Both the position numbers and the translations under genes were made by a program. DNA of 64,000 bases from the sequence record MK250019.1; one strand, given 5' to 3'. The notes under the pieces were generated by a model that did not search any database, had not been told where the DNA came from, and saw only the letters and a program-made list of their open reading frames with translations. How positions within the stretch are numbered: position 1 is the first letter of the stretch; every line of letters begins with the position of its first letter. Shown here one piece after another: positions 11,360 through 22,718 of the stretch.

Positions 11360-11629
11360 TTATTTTAGTTTACGACCACAAATTGGACAATAATTGATAT
11401 TTAATTCAACATCAAAATCATAACTATATGCATTTGAATCATGATGCATTACTAATGTGTTTGTATCTATATTGATATACATAGTTGAATAATCATCAAT
11501 ATCACAAATTGTATCAAGTTGTGTTACATCTATATTATCAACCTTCTTATATTTTGGTAATCCTCTTCGACTATAACCATCAAATACTTCTTTAAGACCA
11601 ATCTTAGTCTTTTCACAATATTTACACAT
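11360..11629 (-). CDS. small zinc-binding protein
   Basis: N-terminal CKYC and C-terminal INYCPICGRKL. Confidence 0.65.
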   Translation of the reverse strand: MCKYCEKTKIGLKEVFDGYSRRGLPKYKKVDNIDVTQLDTICDIDDYSTMYINIDTNTLVMHHDSNAYSYDFDVELNINYCPICGRKLK

Positions 11630-11639
11630 TACTTATAAA

Positions 11640-12011
11640 TTATTTAGTCCAATTATTAATATATCCATATGTATTTCTACATACATTTGAATATTTCTCA
11701 TCTATATTTTTATGATGATTAATAAATTCATCTTCTGATAGAAATTCTGTTTCATACCAAAAATTACAATCATTTCCATCACTACACTGATAATGATGTT
11801 CAATCATATTTTTATCTGAATTCCATTTTAATGTATCACCATAATTATATAATGTTTTATTTGTTTTCTTTAAATAAGAAACAATTTCTTCCCATGTTTT
11901 GAAACCTTTTGTTTTCCAAAACATTTCTTCTTCTTTTTTCTGCTGAATCTTTACTTTCTCTTCTTCACGATCAAAAGATTCCTTAAGCTGTGATAAAATA
12001 ATATTATCCAT
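11640..12011 (-). CDS. hypothetical protein
   Basis: 123-aa ORF. Confidence 0.6.
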   Translation of the reverse strand: MDNIILSQLKESFDREEEKVKIQQKKEEEMFWKTKGFKTWEEIVSYLKKTNKTLYNYGDTLKWNSDKNMIEHHYQCSDGNDCNFWYETEFLSEDEFINHHKNIDEKYSNVCRNTYGYINNWTK

Positions 12012-12213
12012 TTGTTACATTTTTAGATTCAACAATAAAACCGTTTCCGATTTCTCTTGCAACACGAGATGCATACTCAATGTTATTATATACACCATAA
12101 TACCAGTTACCATCAGGACATTCCCTTGCAACTGTATATCTATAATCATTAATATATTCAGAAAATCTTGCAGGAAGATTCTTAATAATATGTCTTGGAT
12201 CAATATTTGCCAT
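12004..12213 (-). CDS. hypothetical protein
   Basis: 69-aa ORF downstream of the promoter motif at 12243. Confidence 0.55.
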   Translation of the reverse strand: MANIDPRHIIKNLPARFSEYINDYRYTVARECPDGNWYYGVYNNIEYASRVAREIGNGFIVESKNVTNG

Positions 12214-12242
12214 AATTTTATATTTTTAAATTTTTTATATTA

Positions 12243-12252
12243 CAAAGATACA
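12243..12252 (-). promoter_or_regulatory. Bacteroidota-type -7 promoter element
   Basis: TGTATCTTTG on the minus strand, intergenic. Confidence 0.75.
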
Positions 12253-12274
12253 CATTTGTTTTTAAATAAAAAAA

Positions 12275-13216
12275 TTATTCTGGAAAAACTTCTATATTTT
12301 TTAAATTCCTAAAATCTGATACATTATATTTTAATGTTAACTTAATCACATTTCCATATAATACGCAGTTACCTCTTGATATTTCTACATTTCTTGAACT
12401 TTGACAAAATATTCCAGCTCCATCATTATATCGTTCACATCTAATTAATCTTGCATGTTCACGTAATGCTTTATCAGAATATAAACAATTTACAGTATTA
12501 CCTAAATTATCTCTTAATATAAATGAGAAATAACCTAATCTTGTAATTGTGTTTACTGCTTCATTAAATTTATTAATCTGAAATTTAACATACTCATTTG
12601 ACATATCATAATGTTTGTATGCATCGGACAACGCTTTATTATATACATTTTGAAATGTATTTTGCTGTATAATATTATCTGTACATTTAATACTAATATT
12701 AAGAATTACTTTATTTCCATATATAACCGGTTCATCAACATCCAATTTATAATTATAACATTTTGTTGAAATATCTGTAAGTTTTTCTAATATATGATTA
12801 AATGAAATGTGTACACTTTCATTATTAGAACCTGTTACTTCATTATTTGCTATTAATGAAGAACCATTTATGGAAACAGTTGAACCATGATTATTAACAT
12901 ATTTGTTTAACTTATCAACTGAAACAATAACATTCAGCTTAATTGTTTTTGTTGATTCATTATATTCTATTTCTTTATATGACTTAATATAACCATTTGT
13001 GATCATTACAGTTTCATCTGTAAATAAGTCTTCTGTATTAATTGATGAACGTGATGATATATAAGTTCCATATGCATCTGCAAGAGCAAATCTCAATGCA
13101 GATAAAGTAGCTTCTTGCTTATTCTTACCAGTACCACAAGATTTTACCAAAACATCATTACAATAACAATTAATACATGTTATATAAAGAAATAAAAATA
13201 TAATGAATCGTTTCAT
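12275..13216 (-). CDS. exported protein with LPP20-like N-terminal domain
   Basis: Signal peptide MKRFIIFLFLYITCINCYC; SCGTGKNKQEATLSALRFAL is an LPP20-like motif. Confidence 0.55.
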   Translation of the reverse strand: MKRFIIFLFLYITCINCYCNDVLVKSCGTGKNKQEATLSALRFALADAYGTYISSRSSINTEDLFTDETVMITNGYIKSYKEIEYNESTKTIKLNVIVSVDKLNKYVNNHGSTVSINGSSLIANNEVTGSNNESVHISFNHILEKLTDISTKCYNYKLDVDEPVIYGNKVILNISIKCTDNIIQQNTFQNVYNKALSDAYKHYDMSNEYVKFQINKFNEAVNTITRLGYFSFILRDNLGNTVNCLYSDKALREHARLIRCERYNDGAGIFCQSSRNVEISRGNCVLYGNVIKLTLKYNVSDFRNLKNIEVFPE

Positions 13217-13220
13217 AACT

Positions 13221-13766
13221 TTACTTTTTTAATTTAATAAAAAATATATAAATATCAGAATTTTTAGCTGATACTTTCTTTAACATCTGCAAATGACTAA
13301 CTTCACCCATTGATGTTTGAACAATTTCATCTGTAAATGTATAATTATCAGAATTATGTGAATTTTCATTCATATTAACTGATGTTACTGCATCAATATC
13401 AGAATTATCACAATTGTTATCATCGTTAGAATCTTCTGTATAGAAATTTGATTCTGTATTTTCTATATTATATGTAGAATAAGATCTGTTTCTTGCTCCA
13501 CGTAAAAATTCAATAATAGATCTTGTTGCTTTTATATGTGCAATACGATCACAATATTCAGGATTTCTGTTATTTGCAATTTTAACGACTGATACCAAAA
13601 CAGGACCATTAGATGTTTTATATACAGAACAACCAGTTACATTATTTTCAACATATTCTGATACTACTTTATTTCGTAGTAAAATTTTATTCTTTTCAGA
13701 TAGAACTTGAGAAAAACTAAATGTAAAAGAAAATAAACAAATTAGAAATGATATAATATATTTCAT
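13221..13766 (-). CDS. exported protein
   Basis: Sec-type signal peptide MKYIISFLICLFSFTFSFSQ. Confidence 0.6.
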   Translation of the reverse strand: MKYIISFLICLFSFTFSFSQVLSEKNKILLRNKVVSEYVENNVTGCSVYKTSNGPVLVSVVKIANNRNPEYCDRIAHIKATRSIIEFLRGARNRSYSTYNIENTESNFYTEDSNDDNNCDNSDIDAVTSVNMNENSHNSDNYTFTDEIVQTSMGEVSHLQMLKKVSAKNSDIYIFFIKLKK

Positions 13767-13818
13767 AATCTTAATTATAATTAATGTTATACTATGTTTT
13801 ACTTAATTTTATTTAATG

Positions 13819-14496
13819 TTACTCATCATGATTAGCTTCCAAAGGAATTTCTACATTCTCTGATTTCTTCTTATCAGACTGATACTTATCAAGTTCATCC
13901 CATGCATCCATCATATCTCGCTCAAATTCTTTTTCTTTTTTAAGAAGCTGTCTATCCTGTGATTTAATATTACTGATAATATTCTCTTTATCATATTTTA
14001 CGCAAACTTCATACCGATACATTTGCTTATATCGATTATAATACTTCTGACACTTTATAACATTGATACCTTCTACAATACCCTTACATGCATTGACAAC
14101 CTGCTCACGTGTCTTATTGCTGATAGATGAACCATCATCTGTTTCAAGTTCATCATTATACATGTCAATACCATAACGAATATACAACTCCATCTTTTTA
14201 CGAAGATTAGCAGTTGCATGTGTTACTGCTTTATTATATGCAAACATCTCATTTCGAGATTCTGAAACACCATATGCACGGATTTCACCTGTTCCAGTTT
14301 CAAGAGACATTTGCATAATAGGAGAAATATCTTCTACACTATAACCATCTGATTGAGGACCATATTCCTCAATATACTTCTGCAATCTCTGATTCTCCAT
14401 ACGAAGATTGTGAATCTCTGTTGTATCCTTCTTACTAGCATATGTAGTAAGTGTAACAGCAAACATTGTAACTAATACAAAAATAAACTTTTTCAT
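13819..14496 (-). CDS. exported protein, LPP20-like
   Basis: Signal peptide; AYGVSESRNEMFAYNKAVTHATANL motif. Confidence 0.55.
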   Translation of the reverse strand: MKKFIFVLVTMFAVTLTTYASKKDTTEIHNLRMENQRLQKYIEEYGPQSDGYSVEDISPIMQMSLETGTGEIRAYGVSESRNEMFAYNKAVTHATANLRKKMELYIRYGIDMYNDELETDDGSSISNKTREQVVNACKGIVEGINVIKCQKYYNRYKQMYRYEVCVKYDKENIISNIKSQDRQLLKKEKEFERDMMDAWDELDKYQSDKKKSENVEIPLEANHDE

Positions 14497-14560
14497 AATT
14501 TTTAATAATTTTTAATTAATATTCTTAATATGCTTTTTTTATCTTAATTTATGTCTAACG

Positions 14561-14570
14561 CAAAGATACA
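14561..14570 (-). promoter_or_regulatory. Bacteroidota-type -7 promoter element
   Basis: TGTATCTTTG on the minus strand, upstream of the three exported-protein genes. Confidence 0.75.
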
Positions 14571-14640
14571 CCTAAAATTTTAAATAAAAAAATATATTCT
14601 ATATAAATTTAATATAAATAAGAAAAATATTTTTTGATAC

Positions 14641-15597
14641 ATGGAACGATTATATAATAATTTAATTAAATGTATATCAATATCAGTAAAGTAGGCAATA
14701 GAAGAATCGATAGGAACATTACAAATAGATAATAACATTGATAAAATTTATAATGATATAGAAAATCATATATATAAAAATAATAAAATAAACTATAATG
14801 ATTATAAAAATATTATATAGTTTAATGAACATGATAATTTATATATGTTAACATATAATGATATATGTAATATAAAGAATTTATAGATTATTATATGTGA
14901 AAATCCAGATATTATGTATACAGAAGCAGCAGCATTAATAGATAATAAAGAATATACAATTTTAGGTTCAGATGAAATTATATTAGCAACATTAATTATA
15001 TATAATCCAGATGAATTACGGTTCTTAAAGAATCATTTATATCATGAAATAAGACATTATTATGATACATTTAAACATATAAATTCATATAGCGGTTATG
15101 ATAGGGGTATTAATTATCTATTAAATAAAGAACAGAAAGATAATAAAACATATAATATTAATTTTTTGCAATTTAAAAAGATGTTAATGAATAATAATAT
15201 ACCATATCCTTTATTATAGCAAGCTATATTATCTCAATTATATTATCTAGATGAATCAGAAATTCGAGCACATACAGAAAATATGTTTGGTGAAATAGAT
15301 GAGTATTTTAAACATAATAATATAGTAAATAATTCTTTAGAAAATATATCAGAAACATATAATTTTTATAAATCAATAAAAGATGTTTTTACATATTACA
15401 AAGATAATTTATCAGAAACATATATTAACTGGTTAGTTAAAAATTTTGGTGATGATTTTTATGAAATATATTATGGTAAAATAGGACATCCTAAAAGTTT
15501 TAATTTTGTGTTTAAAAAAATTATTTATAATTGTAATAAGTTTTTTAAACATGCAGAGCAAATGAAAATATATTGTAAAAATAAGTATGAAAAGTAA
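14641..15597 (+). CDS. HExxH zinc-metallopeptidase-like protein (code 15)
   Basis: ATG 14641, track ORFs 14914..15219 and 15283..15597 are one frame with 4 TAG. It contains LYHEIRHYYD and a downstream ESEIRA. Confidence 0.65.
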
Positions 15598-15934
15598 TTC
15601 AATTATCATTGACTTTATAGGTGATGATTATATAGAATATTCAGATTTTTGGGAAAATACATATTAGAATTTATCTATAGATTCTCAAATATTATATGAT
15701 TCATTGCATAGTAATGTTATATACAATATATTTGATGAAATAAAATTATATATAAGAGAAAATATTGATCACCTTGATTTAACAATATATGATTATTATC
15801 TTTTACATTATTTGATTCCAGATAAAGAATCATTGAAGAAATATGTATTAAATAAAATGGAAAATATAACAGATAATGTTATTGATGATGTATTTAATAA
15901 AATAGAAGAACTTAAAAATAAACAAGAAAATTAA
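15587..15934 (+). CDS. hypothetical protein (code 15)
   Basis: ATG 15587 reads through one TAG into track ORF 15704..15934. Confidence 0.55.
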
Positions 15935-15989
15935 GCAATTTAATAATTAAGATATATAATAAAAAGTAATTTTTGATTAAATAAGATTT

Positions 15990-17906
15990 ATGACAACAAA
16001 GAAATTAACGATTGAACAGAAGTATAAAAGTATGACAGAAGTTGAACATATCCTCCAGAAATCTGGTATGTGGATCGGTTCAATTAATAAAGAAGATAAG
16101 AATTTATATGTTTATGACAATGATAATTGTAAGATGATTATGAAAACAGTCTCATATATTCCAGCGGTTTTAAAGTTAGTAGATGAGATTATTTCAAATT
16201 CAGTAGACGAATATAGAAGAATTGATAATTTAGGACTTACAAACCTTGATGTGAAAATTGATACAAACGGTTTTATTACTATTAGAGATAATGGTGGTAT
16301 TCCTGTTGTAAAACATAAAGAAGCTGGTATTTATGTACCTACCTTTTTGTTTGGTTCTCTGCGAACTTCATCAAATTATAATGATGATGATTCACGAGAT
16401 GGTGTAGGAACAAATGGTGTAGGTTCTGCTATTACAAACGTATGGTCAACACAATATGAAGTAAGTACAGCAGACGGAAAGAATTCATATCATCAAACAT
16501 GGTCTAATAATATGAATATAAATGATGATCTAGAAATAAAGAAATGTTCGAAGAAAGATCATTATACAGAAACAAAGTTTAAGTTAGATTTTAAGAGACT
16601 TCATGAAACAGTAGATACATGTTTCTCTGAAGATTTTATTAATATCATAGAGAAAAGATGTATTGATGCTGCTGCTGCAAATGTTGGATTAAATGTACAT
16701 TTTTCATATACAGATAATGACAAGGTTATCAGAGAATCAGAATGGCATTTCAAAACATTTGATGAATATATTGAATTATTTACTGATTATGTAGATACAG
16801 AACAAATGTTGAAATTCTCTGATTCTATTATGCAAGTATGGGTATTTCCTGATAATGGAATTAATGTCGGATTTGTAAATGGTGCTGAATGTTCAAGAGG
16901 AACACATATCAGAGCCGTTAGAAATGAGATTAACAATGCTATTTCTGCTTATCTTTTATCTAAAGAAAAGATTGACATTACACCAAAGAATGTAGATGGA
17001 AAGTATTCAATGTTCTGTACATTCCATGTTAATAATCCATCATATGATTCACAGACAAAGGAATGTTTGACAACTGTTGTTGAGAAATTCAGTAATGATT
17101 CCAAATATACATTTAAAGTTCCTGATGCATTTATTAAGAATGTATTAAAATCTGAGATTGTTGATATAGTAATTGATTGGTATAAGCAAAAATGTGAAGT
17201 TGAAGATCAGAAAACACTTCGAAAACTTAATAGACAAGCAAAGACTAAGATTAGAAATAACGATAAATTCATTGATGCAAATTCAAAACGAACAGCAGAT
17301 AGAGAACTTTGGATATTTGAGGGCGATTCTGCACGTGCAGGATTCAGAGGTGCTCGTGACCCACAAACACAAGCGGCATATATGTTGAGAGGTGTTATTT
17401 TGAATGTTATCGGATTACCGCCAACAAAAATTATGGCAAATAAAGAGTTATCTGATTTGTTTAATATTATCGGTTTACAATGGGGTGAACCAATCGATGT
17501 AAAGAAACTTAATTTCAGTAAATTAGTTATTGCAACAGATGCTGATTTTGATGGTAGTAAAATTGCTGGATTGCTTTTAACATTCTTTAATTTATGGCCA
17601 GAATTATTTGAAGCAGGAATTGTATGTAGAAGTATTACACATATTATTACTGCAACTAAAGGTAATGATGTACAAGGGTTCTTTACAATGGAAGACTTCA
17701 AAAAGAAAGAAGATAAATTAAAGGGTTATAAGATCACATATAATAAAGGTCTTGGTGGATTAACAGCAACAGAATATAAAGAGATGATGCGTAATCCTAT
17801 TTTACATTATTATACTAAAGATGATTTAGCAGATATGACTATTAAATCATGGTTTGGTAAAGGTATTGCAAAAACTCGTAAAGATATGCTTAAAAATGAA
17901 GTTTAA
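15990..17906 (+). CDS. type IIA DNA topoisomerase, ATPase+TOPRIM subunit (T4 gp39+gp60-like)
   Basis: GHKL motifs DEIISNSVDE, DNGGIP and GTNGVGS; TOPRIM motifs IFEGDSA, LRGVILN and ATDADFDG; YNKGLGG. Confidence 0.95.
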   Translation: MTTKKLTIEQKYKSMTEVEHILQKSGMWIGSINKEDKNLYVYDNDNCKMIMKTVSYIPAVLKLVDEIISNSVDEYRRIDNLGLTNLDVKIDTNGFITIRDNGGIPVVKHKEAGIYVPTFLFGSLRTSSNYNDDDSRDGVGTNGVGSAITNVWSTQYEVSTADGKNSYHQTWSNNMNINDDLEIKKCSKKDHYTETKFKLDFKRLHETVDTCFSEDFINIIEKRCIDAAAANVGLNVHFSYTDNDKVIRESEWHFKTFDEYIELFTDYVDTEQMLKFSDSIMQVWVFPDNGINVGFVNGAECSRGTHIRAVRNEINNAISAYLLSKEKIDITPKNVDGKYSMFCTFHVNNPSYDSQTKECLTTVVEKFSNDSKYTFKVPDAFIKNVLKSEIVDIVIDWYKQKCEVEDQKTLRKLNRQAKTKIRNNDKFIDANSKRTADRELWIFEGDSARAGFRGARDPQTQAAYMLRGVILNVIGLPPTKIMANKELSDLFNIIGLQWGEPIDVKKLNFSKLVIATDADFDGSKIAGLLLTFFNLWPELFEAGIVCRSITHIITATKGNDVQGFFTMEDFKKKEDKLKGYKITYNKGLGGLTATEYKEMMRNPILHYYTKDDLADMTIKSWFGKGIAKTRKDMLKNEV

Positions 17907-17974
17907 TAACAATATTGAAATTCCATATGTTAAATATAAAAAACATATGGAATTTTTAATTATAAAAATAAAAA

Positions 17975-17984
17975 TGTATCTTTG
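17975..17984 (+). promoter_or_regulatory. Bacteroidota-type -7 promoter element upstream of folD
   Basis: TGTATCTTTG, following a hairpin terminator at about 17920-17952. Confidence 0.75.
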
Positions 17985-18005
17985 TAAAAATAATTTAGGA
18001 ATAAA

Positions 18006-18881
18006 ATGAAGTTAATAGATGGAAAACAAGTATCTACGGAAATTAAACAAAATATAAAAGTAAAAGTAGATAATATTATTAAAAATGGTGGTAGACCACC
18101 ACATCTTGTTGCGATTCTTGTAGGACATGATGGTGGTTCTGAAACATATGTTAAAAATAAAGTTAAAGCATGTGAAACATGTGGATTTAAAAGTACAGTA
18201 TTGAGATTTGATTCAACTATTACAGAAGATGATTTACTTAATGAAATTCATAAATTAAATAATGATTCTGCAGTAGATGGTTTTATTGTACAACTTCCAT
18301 TACCTAAACATATATCAGAAGATAAGATAACAGAAGCAATTGATTATAAAAAAGATGTAGATGGTTTTCATCCAGTTAATGTAGGACGATTAAATATAGG
18401 ATTACCTTGTTTTATTTCTGCAACACCATATGGTATTATGGAATTGTTAAAATATTATAATATTGAAACAAAAGGTAAACATTGTGTTATTATCGGACGT
18501 AGTAATATAGTGGGAAAACCAATGTCTACATTAATGGTTCAGAAGAATTTTGGTGATGCAACAGTTACAGTTTGTCACAGTCATTCTGAAAATCTTAAAG
18601 ATATATGTAAACAGGCAGATATATTAATCGCTGCTGTTGGTAAACCAGAATTTGTGACAGCCGATATGGTAAAAGATAATGCAGTTGTTATTGATGTTGG
18701 TACAACAAGAATACCTGATAATAATAAGAAGTCAGGTTTCAGATTATGTGGAGATGTTAAATTTGATGAAGTATCACCAAAATGCAGTTATATAACACCT
18801 GTACCTGGTGGAGTAGGACCAATGACAATTTGTATGCTTATGAAAAATACGTTATTGGCAGCAAAGCATGAAATTTATTAA
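18006..18881 (+). CDS. folD: bifunctional methylenetetrahydrofolate dehydrogenase/cyclohydrolase
   Basis: [33 protein letters not shown] and [11 protein letters not shown] are hallmark FolD motifs. Confidence 0.97.
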   Translation: MKLIDGKQVSTEIKQNIKVKVDNIIKNGGRPPHLVAILVGHDGGSETYVKNKVKACETCGFKSTVLRFDSTITEDDLLNEIHKLNNDSAVDGFIVQLPLPKHISEDKITEAIDYKKDVDGFHPVNVGRLNIGLPCFISATPYGIMELLKYYNIETKGKHCVIIGRSNIVGKPMSTLMVQKNFGDATVTVCHSHSENLKDICKQADILIAAVGKPEFVTADMVKDNAVVIDVGTTRIPDNNKKSGFRLCGDVKFDEVSPKCSYITPVPGGVGPMTICMLMKNTLLAAKHEIY

Positions 18882-18897
18882 TTAAAAATAATACATT

Positions 18898-19464
18898 ATG
18901 ACAATTATATTTTCAAATATGTTAGATTCTGATTGTCAGGTTCTTAGATGTACATGGCAAAATATATCTGATGTTAATATAGTAGAAATTACACCAGATA
19001 TGAATATAGATGAAGTAGAAACTTCTGTTAATAATGCAATTATAGCAGAAGATGATACTATTATATTTTTAGGTCATGGAACTGAATATGGTTTATTATT
19101 TCCTGATTTCTATAAAGGACTATATATTTTGCATGATGAAAATGTAAATTTAATTCATGCTAAAAATGTGATTTGTTGTTGGTGTCATGCATCTTCTTTT
19201 GTAAATAGACATAGTGATCATTTACATAATACATTTGCTACATCTATGTATATTTCAAATGAGCATGAAGCATATGATAATGCAATATATGATTATTCAC
19301 AGAATGATATTGATTTAAATGGTATACGTTTTTATGCAAATATAAATCAATTACTGATTGATAAAATACCGTTAGATCAATGGGTAATGATTTTAGGAGC
19401 AAAAATGGATATTGAAAATGAAATAGATGTTTTTAATAGACAAGGTCTATTTTATCAAGAATAA
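18898..19464 (+). CDS. hypothetical protein
   Basis: 188-aa ORF followed by a bidirectional hairpin at about 19470-19502. Confidence 0.65.
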   Translation: MTIIFSNMLDSDCQVLRCTWQNISDVNIVEITPDMNIDEVETSVNNAIIAEDDTIIFLGHGTEYGLLFPDFYKGLYILHDENVNLIHAKNVICCWCHASSFVNRHSDHLHNTFATSMYISNEHEAYDNAIYDYSQNDIDLNGIRFYANINQLLIDKIPLDQWVMILGAKMDIENEIDVFNRQGLFYQE

Positions 19465-19504
19465 AAAAATAAAGGATAAGAATTTTAATTCTTATCCTTT
19501 TTAA

Positions 19505-20965
19505 TTATACTAATTTTCCTTTTTGTATATCTTCTTTTATAATATTAAATACTTTTTCTGCAAATGTATCCAAATCTGATACAACACAACTATAATATGC
19601 ATCTTCATGATAACCAGAATATGTTCTGTCTGTATATGTAAATTCATATTCATCTGAAGCAGATAATGAAGTAAGATGGTTTAATGTATCTGTACTGTCT
19701 CTATCAGAACTTCCTGACTGCATATATACATGTATAAAACATTTACCATTTGAACTATTATAATATAAATCTTTAATAGCACCACTCCAGTCATTATAAT
19801 TACAATATATTTTCTTATCTGGATTATTTTCCAAAATTGTTTTTATCTATGATTTAAACCATTGGAAATAATTAGATGGATTTGTTTCCATCTTATATTT
19901 TAATAATGTTTTTTCACTATTAGCTGCATTTTCAGATTCATTACCATTTAATTTATATAAAATATATGGTTTAACAATATAAAGATAAACACCTTCACAT
20001 AATACTTTAAATAAATTAGGTTTTTCATTAAAATATGAATATGATGTTAATGAATACTTAAATAAGTTTGTCAATTCAAAATCTCTCTTAAAATCTCGTC
20101 TTCTTGCATCAGGTGCAAATGAAGCGGCTTCATATTCAACAAAACAATTATATGAATCTGGATCAATTTCAAGATTAAAATATTGATCATAACCGTCATA
20201 ACCTCTTCTGACATAACCTACATTTTTCCTAATAGCAAATAAATGTTTATCAGAAAAACCAGTTAACTTATTAAAATTAATTATATCATCTCTTAATAAA
20301 TCAACGAATTTAATAGCATCATTATGACATTTCTTTAATAAGCTATTAACATATGACTCAATATCACTTTGACATTTTTTATATACTTTATTATATTCGC
20401 TTACATATGAAGCTGATTTTACATCAAAATCATCATATAATGAAGTAGGTATATGTTGTATTAATGTTTCAAGTTTTGTAATATATTTTTTACTTACTTT
20501 ACTTCTTGTTGATGTTGTACGAGTTTTTCTAACAGATTTAACAATATCTGGTTCAGACTATACTACAGGTGTTGACTATATAGGTTTAGTATTAGATGTA
20601 ATACCCATATTTATATTATATAAGTCTTGTATTTCTGATATAGTTCCACCTAATTCTAATATTCTATGACCAAATAAATTGAATACCTTAATTTTATCCA
20701 TATCTCCTTCTGTTTTTGGACATGGTTTCTTCATAATAATAAGAGCTGCAACATATCTTTCAATTAAATCCTATTTTGTTAATTTCTTCATAGGTTTAAC
20801 GAATTCACATTCAGTCGCTTTATTTCTTGAACAAACAGATGCTACACTTAACCATAATTTTCTATCTAACGTCCTGTGATCTATTTTCTTTGCCATTTCA
20901 TTTAAAATATTTCTGACAGAATATGTAGATAGTTTTTTATTTATTGCTTTATCAAATAATGACAT
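19505..20965 (-). CDS. 486-aa protein (code 15) with an RYVAA-type domain
   Basis: Track ORFs 20771..20965, 19847..20074 and 19505..19834 are in frame. Manual translation between them shows only TAG interruptions. Confidence 0.7.
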
Positions 20966-21006
20966 AATAATATTATTCTTTTTTATAATATATTTATTAA
21001 AAATAA

Positions 21007-21765
21007 TTAACTATTAAAGACTGGTCTTATTGTGAATGCATAAAAACGTGGTTCCTATATTATATGTGGTACTTCACTTTCATATTTTATATCATTTGAA
21101 AAATATAAACTTTGTGCATATGCTTTAATGTTATTTCTATATGTATTCATATATTTAGGATCTGATGTATTATAAGAAGTCCAGTAATTACCGTATCCAT
21201 AACCAGAAAAACCTTCAGTAACACTTCCAGCAGCAGGTAAATATATAAATTCTTTATTACCTCGTTTTTTAGATGTTATTTTATAACCAGGTATTATATT
21301 ACCATTAGTATCACACCATTTCCAATTACAATATTTAATTAATTCTTCAAACTATTCCGGTGTTGGTATTTTATAATTTCCATTTGTTTCCTAATAAGCA
21401 GCATCATCTATATCTTCTAATTGGTAATGAACTTTATTCTTAGAATATTTTATAAATGTTTTATTATTTCCAGATGGATTAAATTTTGTATAATCTGTTT
21501 TAAATATACGCTTAGCATGTACTGGTTCTGTATATCCCCATTGATAGTAATTACCTGGATCTGTTTCAGTTTCTGCACCTAGATTTTTAGTACACCATAA
21601 TGTTCCAGAAGGTAAACCTAAATTTACAAATTTATAATTATTTGATATATTATCTATTATTGTAGTATTATCATCTAATATAATATCATCGTCTATATCA
21701 TCAAATAAACTTTCATATATTGCGGTTTTAATAGACTCTATTAATTTATTATATAATAATGACAT
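21007..21765 (-). CDS. protein with a Bacteroidota DLGLPSG-type domain (code 15)
   Basis: VNLGLPSGTLWCTKNLGA..GNYYQWG, IPTPEQFEELI, LPAAG, YWTS and a C-terminal TIRPV; 3 TAG read through. Confidence 0.75.
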
Positions 21766-21824
21766 AAAAATATAAAAACTTTTATTATTTATTTTATTAT
21801 AATATGTGATTAATTATATTGAAT

Positions 21825-22697
21825 ATGAAGAAAATATTTAAGTTAAATAATAATATTTGTGATCAGATACTTAATGAAGCACAAATACATTTTACTAAAA
21901 ATTGTTCAAACAGATGTCCTTTCTGTATTGATGCATTTAATAATGGTGTTGGAAATAAAAAACCAGATATAGATAAAATCTTTTTATCAGTATTAAATAT
22001 AAAAGATAAAATAGATGATATTGCAATATCAGGTGGTGAACCAATGCTTTATATTGATGAACTGTTACAATTAGTCAGAAATATAAAAAGATTTGCAAAA
22101 TTAAATGTTACTGTTATTACATCAATGCCTATTACATGCTGGACACATAAAGAAACATTTTTCGAAATAATAAAGATAATAGATCACCTTATTATTTCAC
22201 CACAACATTATGATCAGGAAATTGGCGATAAAATCAGAGGTTGTAATTCATTTTATAATAGAGAAAAATTATTCAATGAAATACCATATAAAAATAAAGT
22301 TTCATTAACTATTAATATTATAAAAGGTTATTTCAATGATAAACAAGATATTATAGATAATATAAAGTTTTTTGAAAAATTAGGTTATTCTAATTTCAAA
22401 TTAGCAGAAATATTTGAGCATGATGATCTTTATGTTTCTATTGAGGATTTATTAGGTTTTAAATTACCTTCTCCTTTTTCATATGGATGTTCAACAAAAC
22501 ATTTTGATTTATCTCCATATTTAGGATATAATTCAAATTCTGATTTTACTATTAAACGATGCTGTTTTTATAAGACTCATAAACAACATGCGTCTATTAA
22601 TGATTTATTGAAAATATTAATCAGACCATTTTTTGCAAAAAAATATTTTTTCTGTATTATATATGAAGATGGAAAAATTGTCAGAAGATGGTTCTAA
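21825..22697 (+). CDS. radical SAM enzyme
   Basis: CxxxCxxC motif (NCSNRCPFC) and ISGGEPML. Confidence 0.9.
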   Translation: MKKIFKLNNNICDQILNEAQIHFTKNCSNRCPFCIDAFNNGVGNKKPDIDKIFLSVLNIKDKIDDIAISGGEPMLYIDELLQLVRNIKRFAKLNVTVITSMPITCWTHKETFFEIIKIIDHLIISPQHYDQEIGDKIRGCNSFYNREKLFNEIPYKNKVSLTINIIKGYFNDKQDIIDNIKFFEKLGYSNFKLAEIFEHDDLYVSIEDLLGFKLPSPFSYGCSTKHFDLSPYLGYNSNSDFTIKRCCFYKTHKQHASINDLLKILIRPFFAKKYFFCIIYEDGKIVRRWF

Positions 22698-22718
22698 AAA
22701 TAAAATTAGTTAATAATT

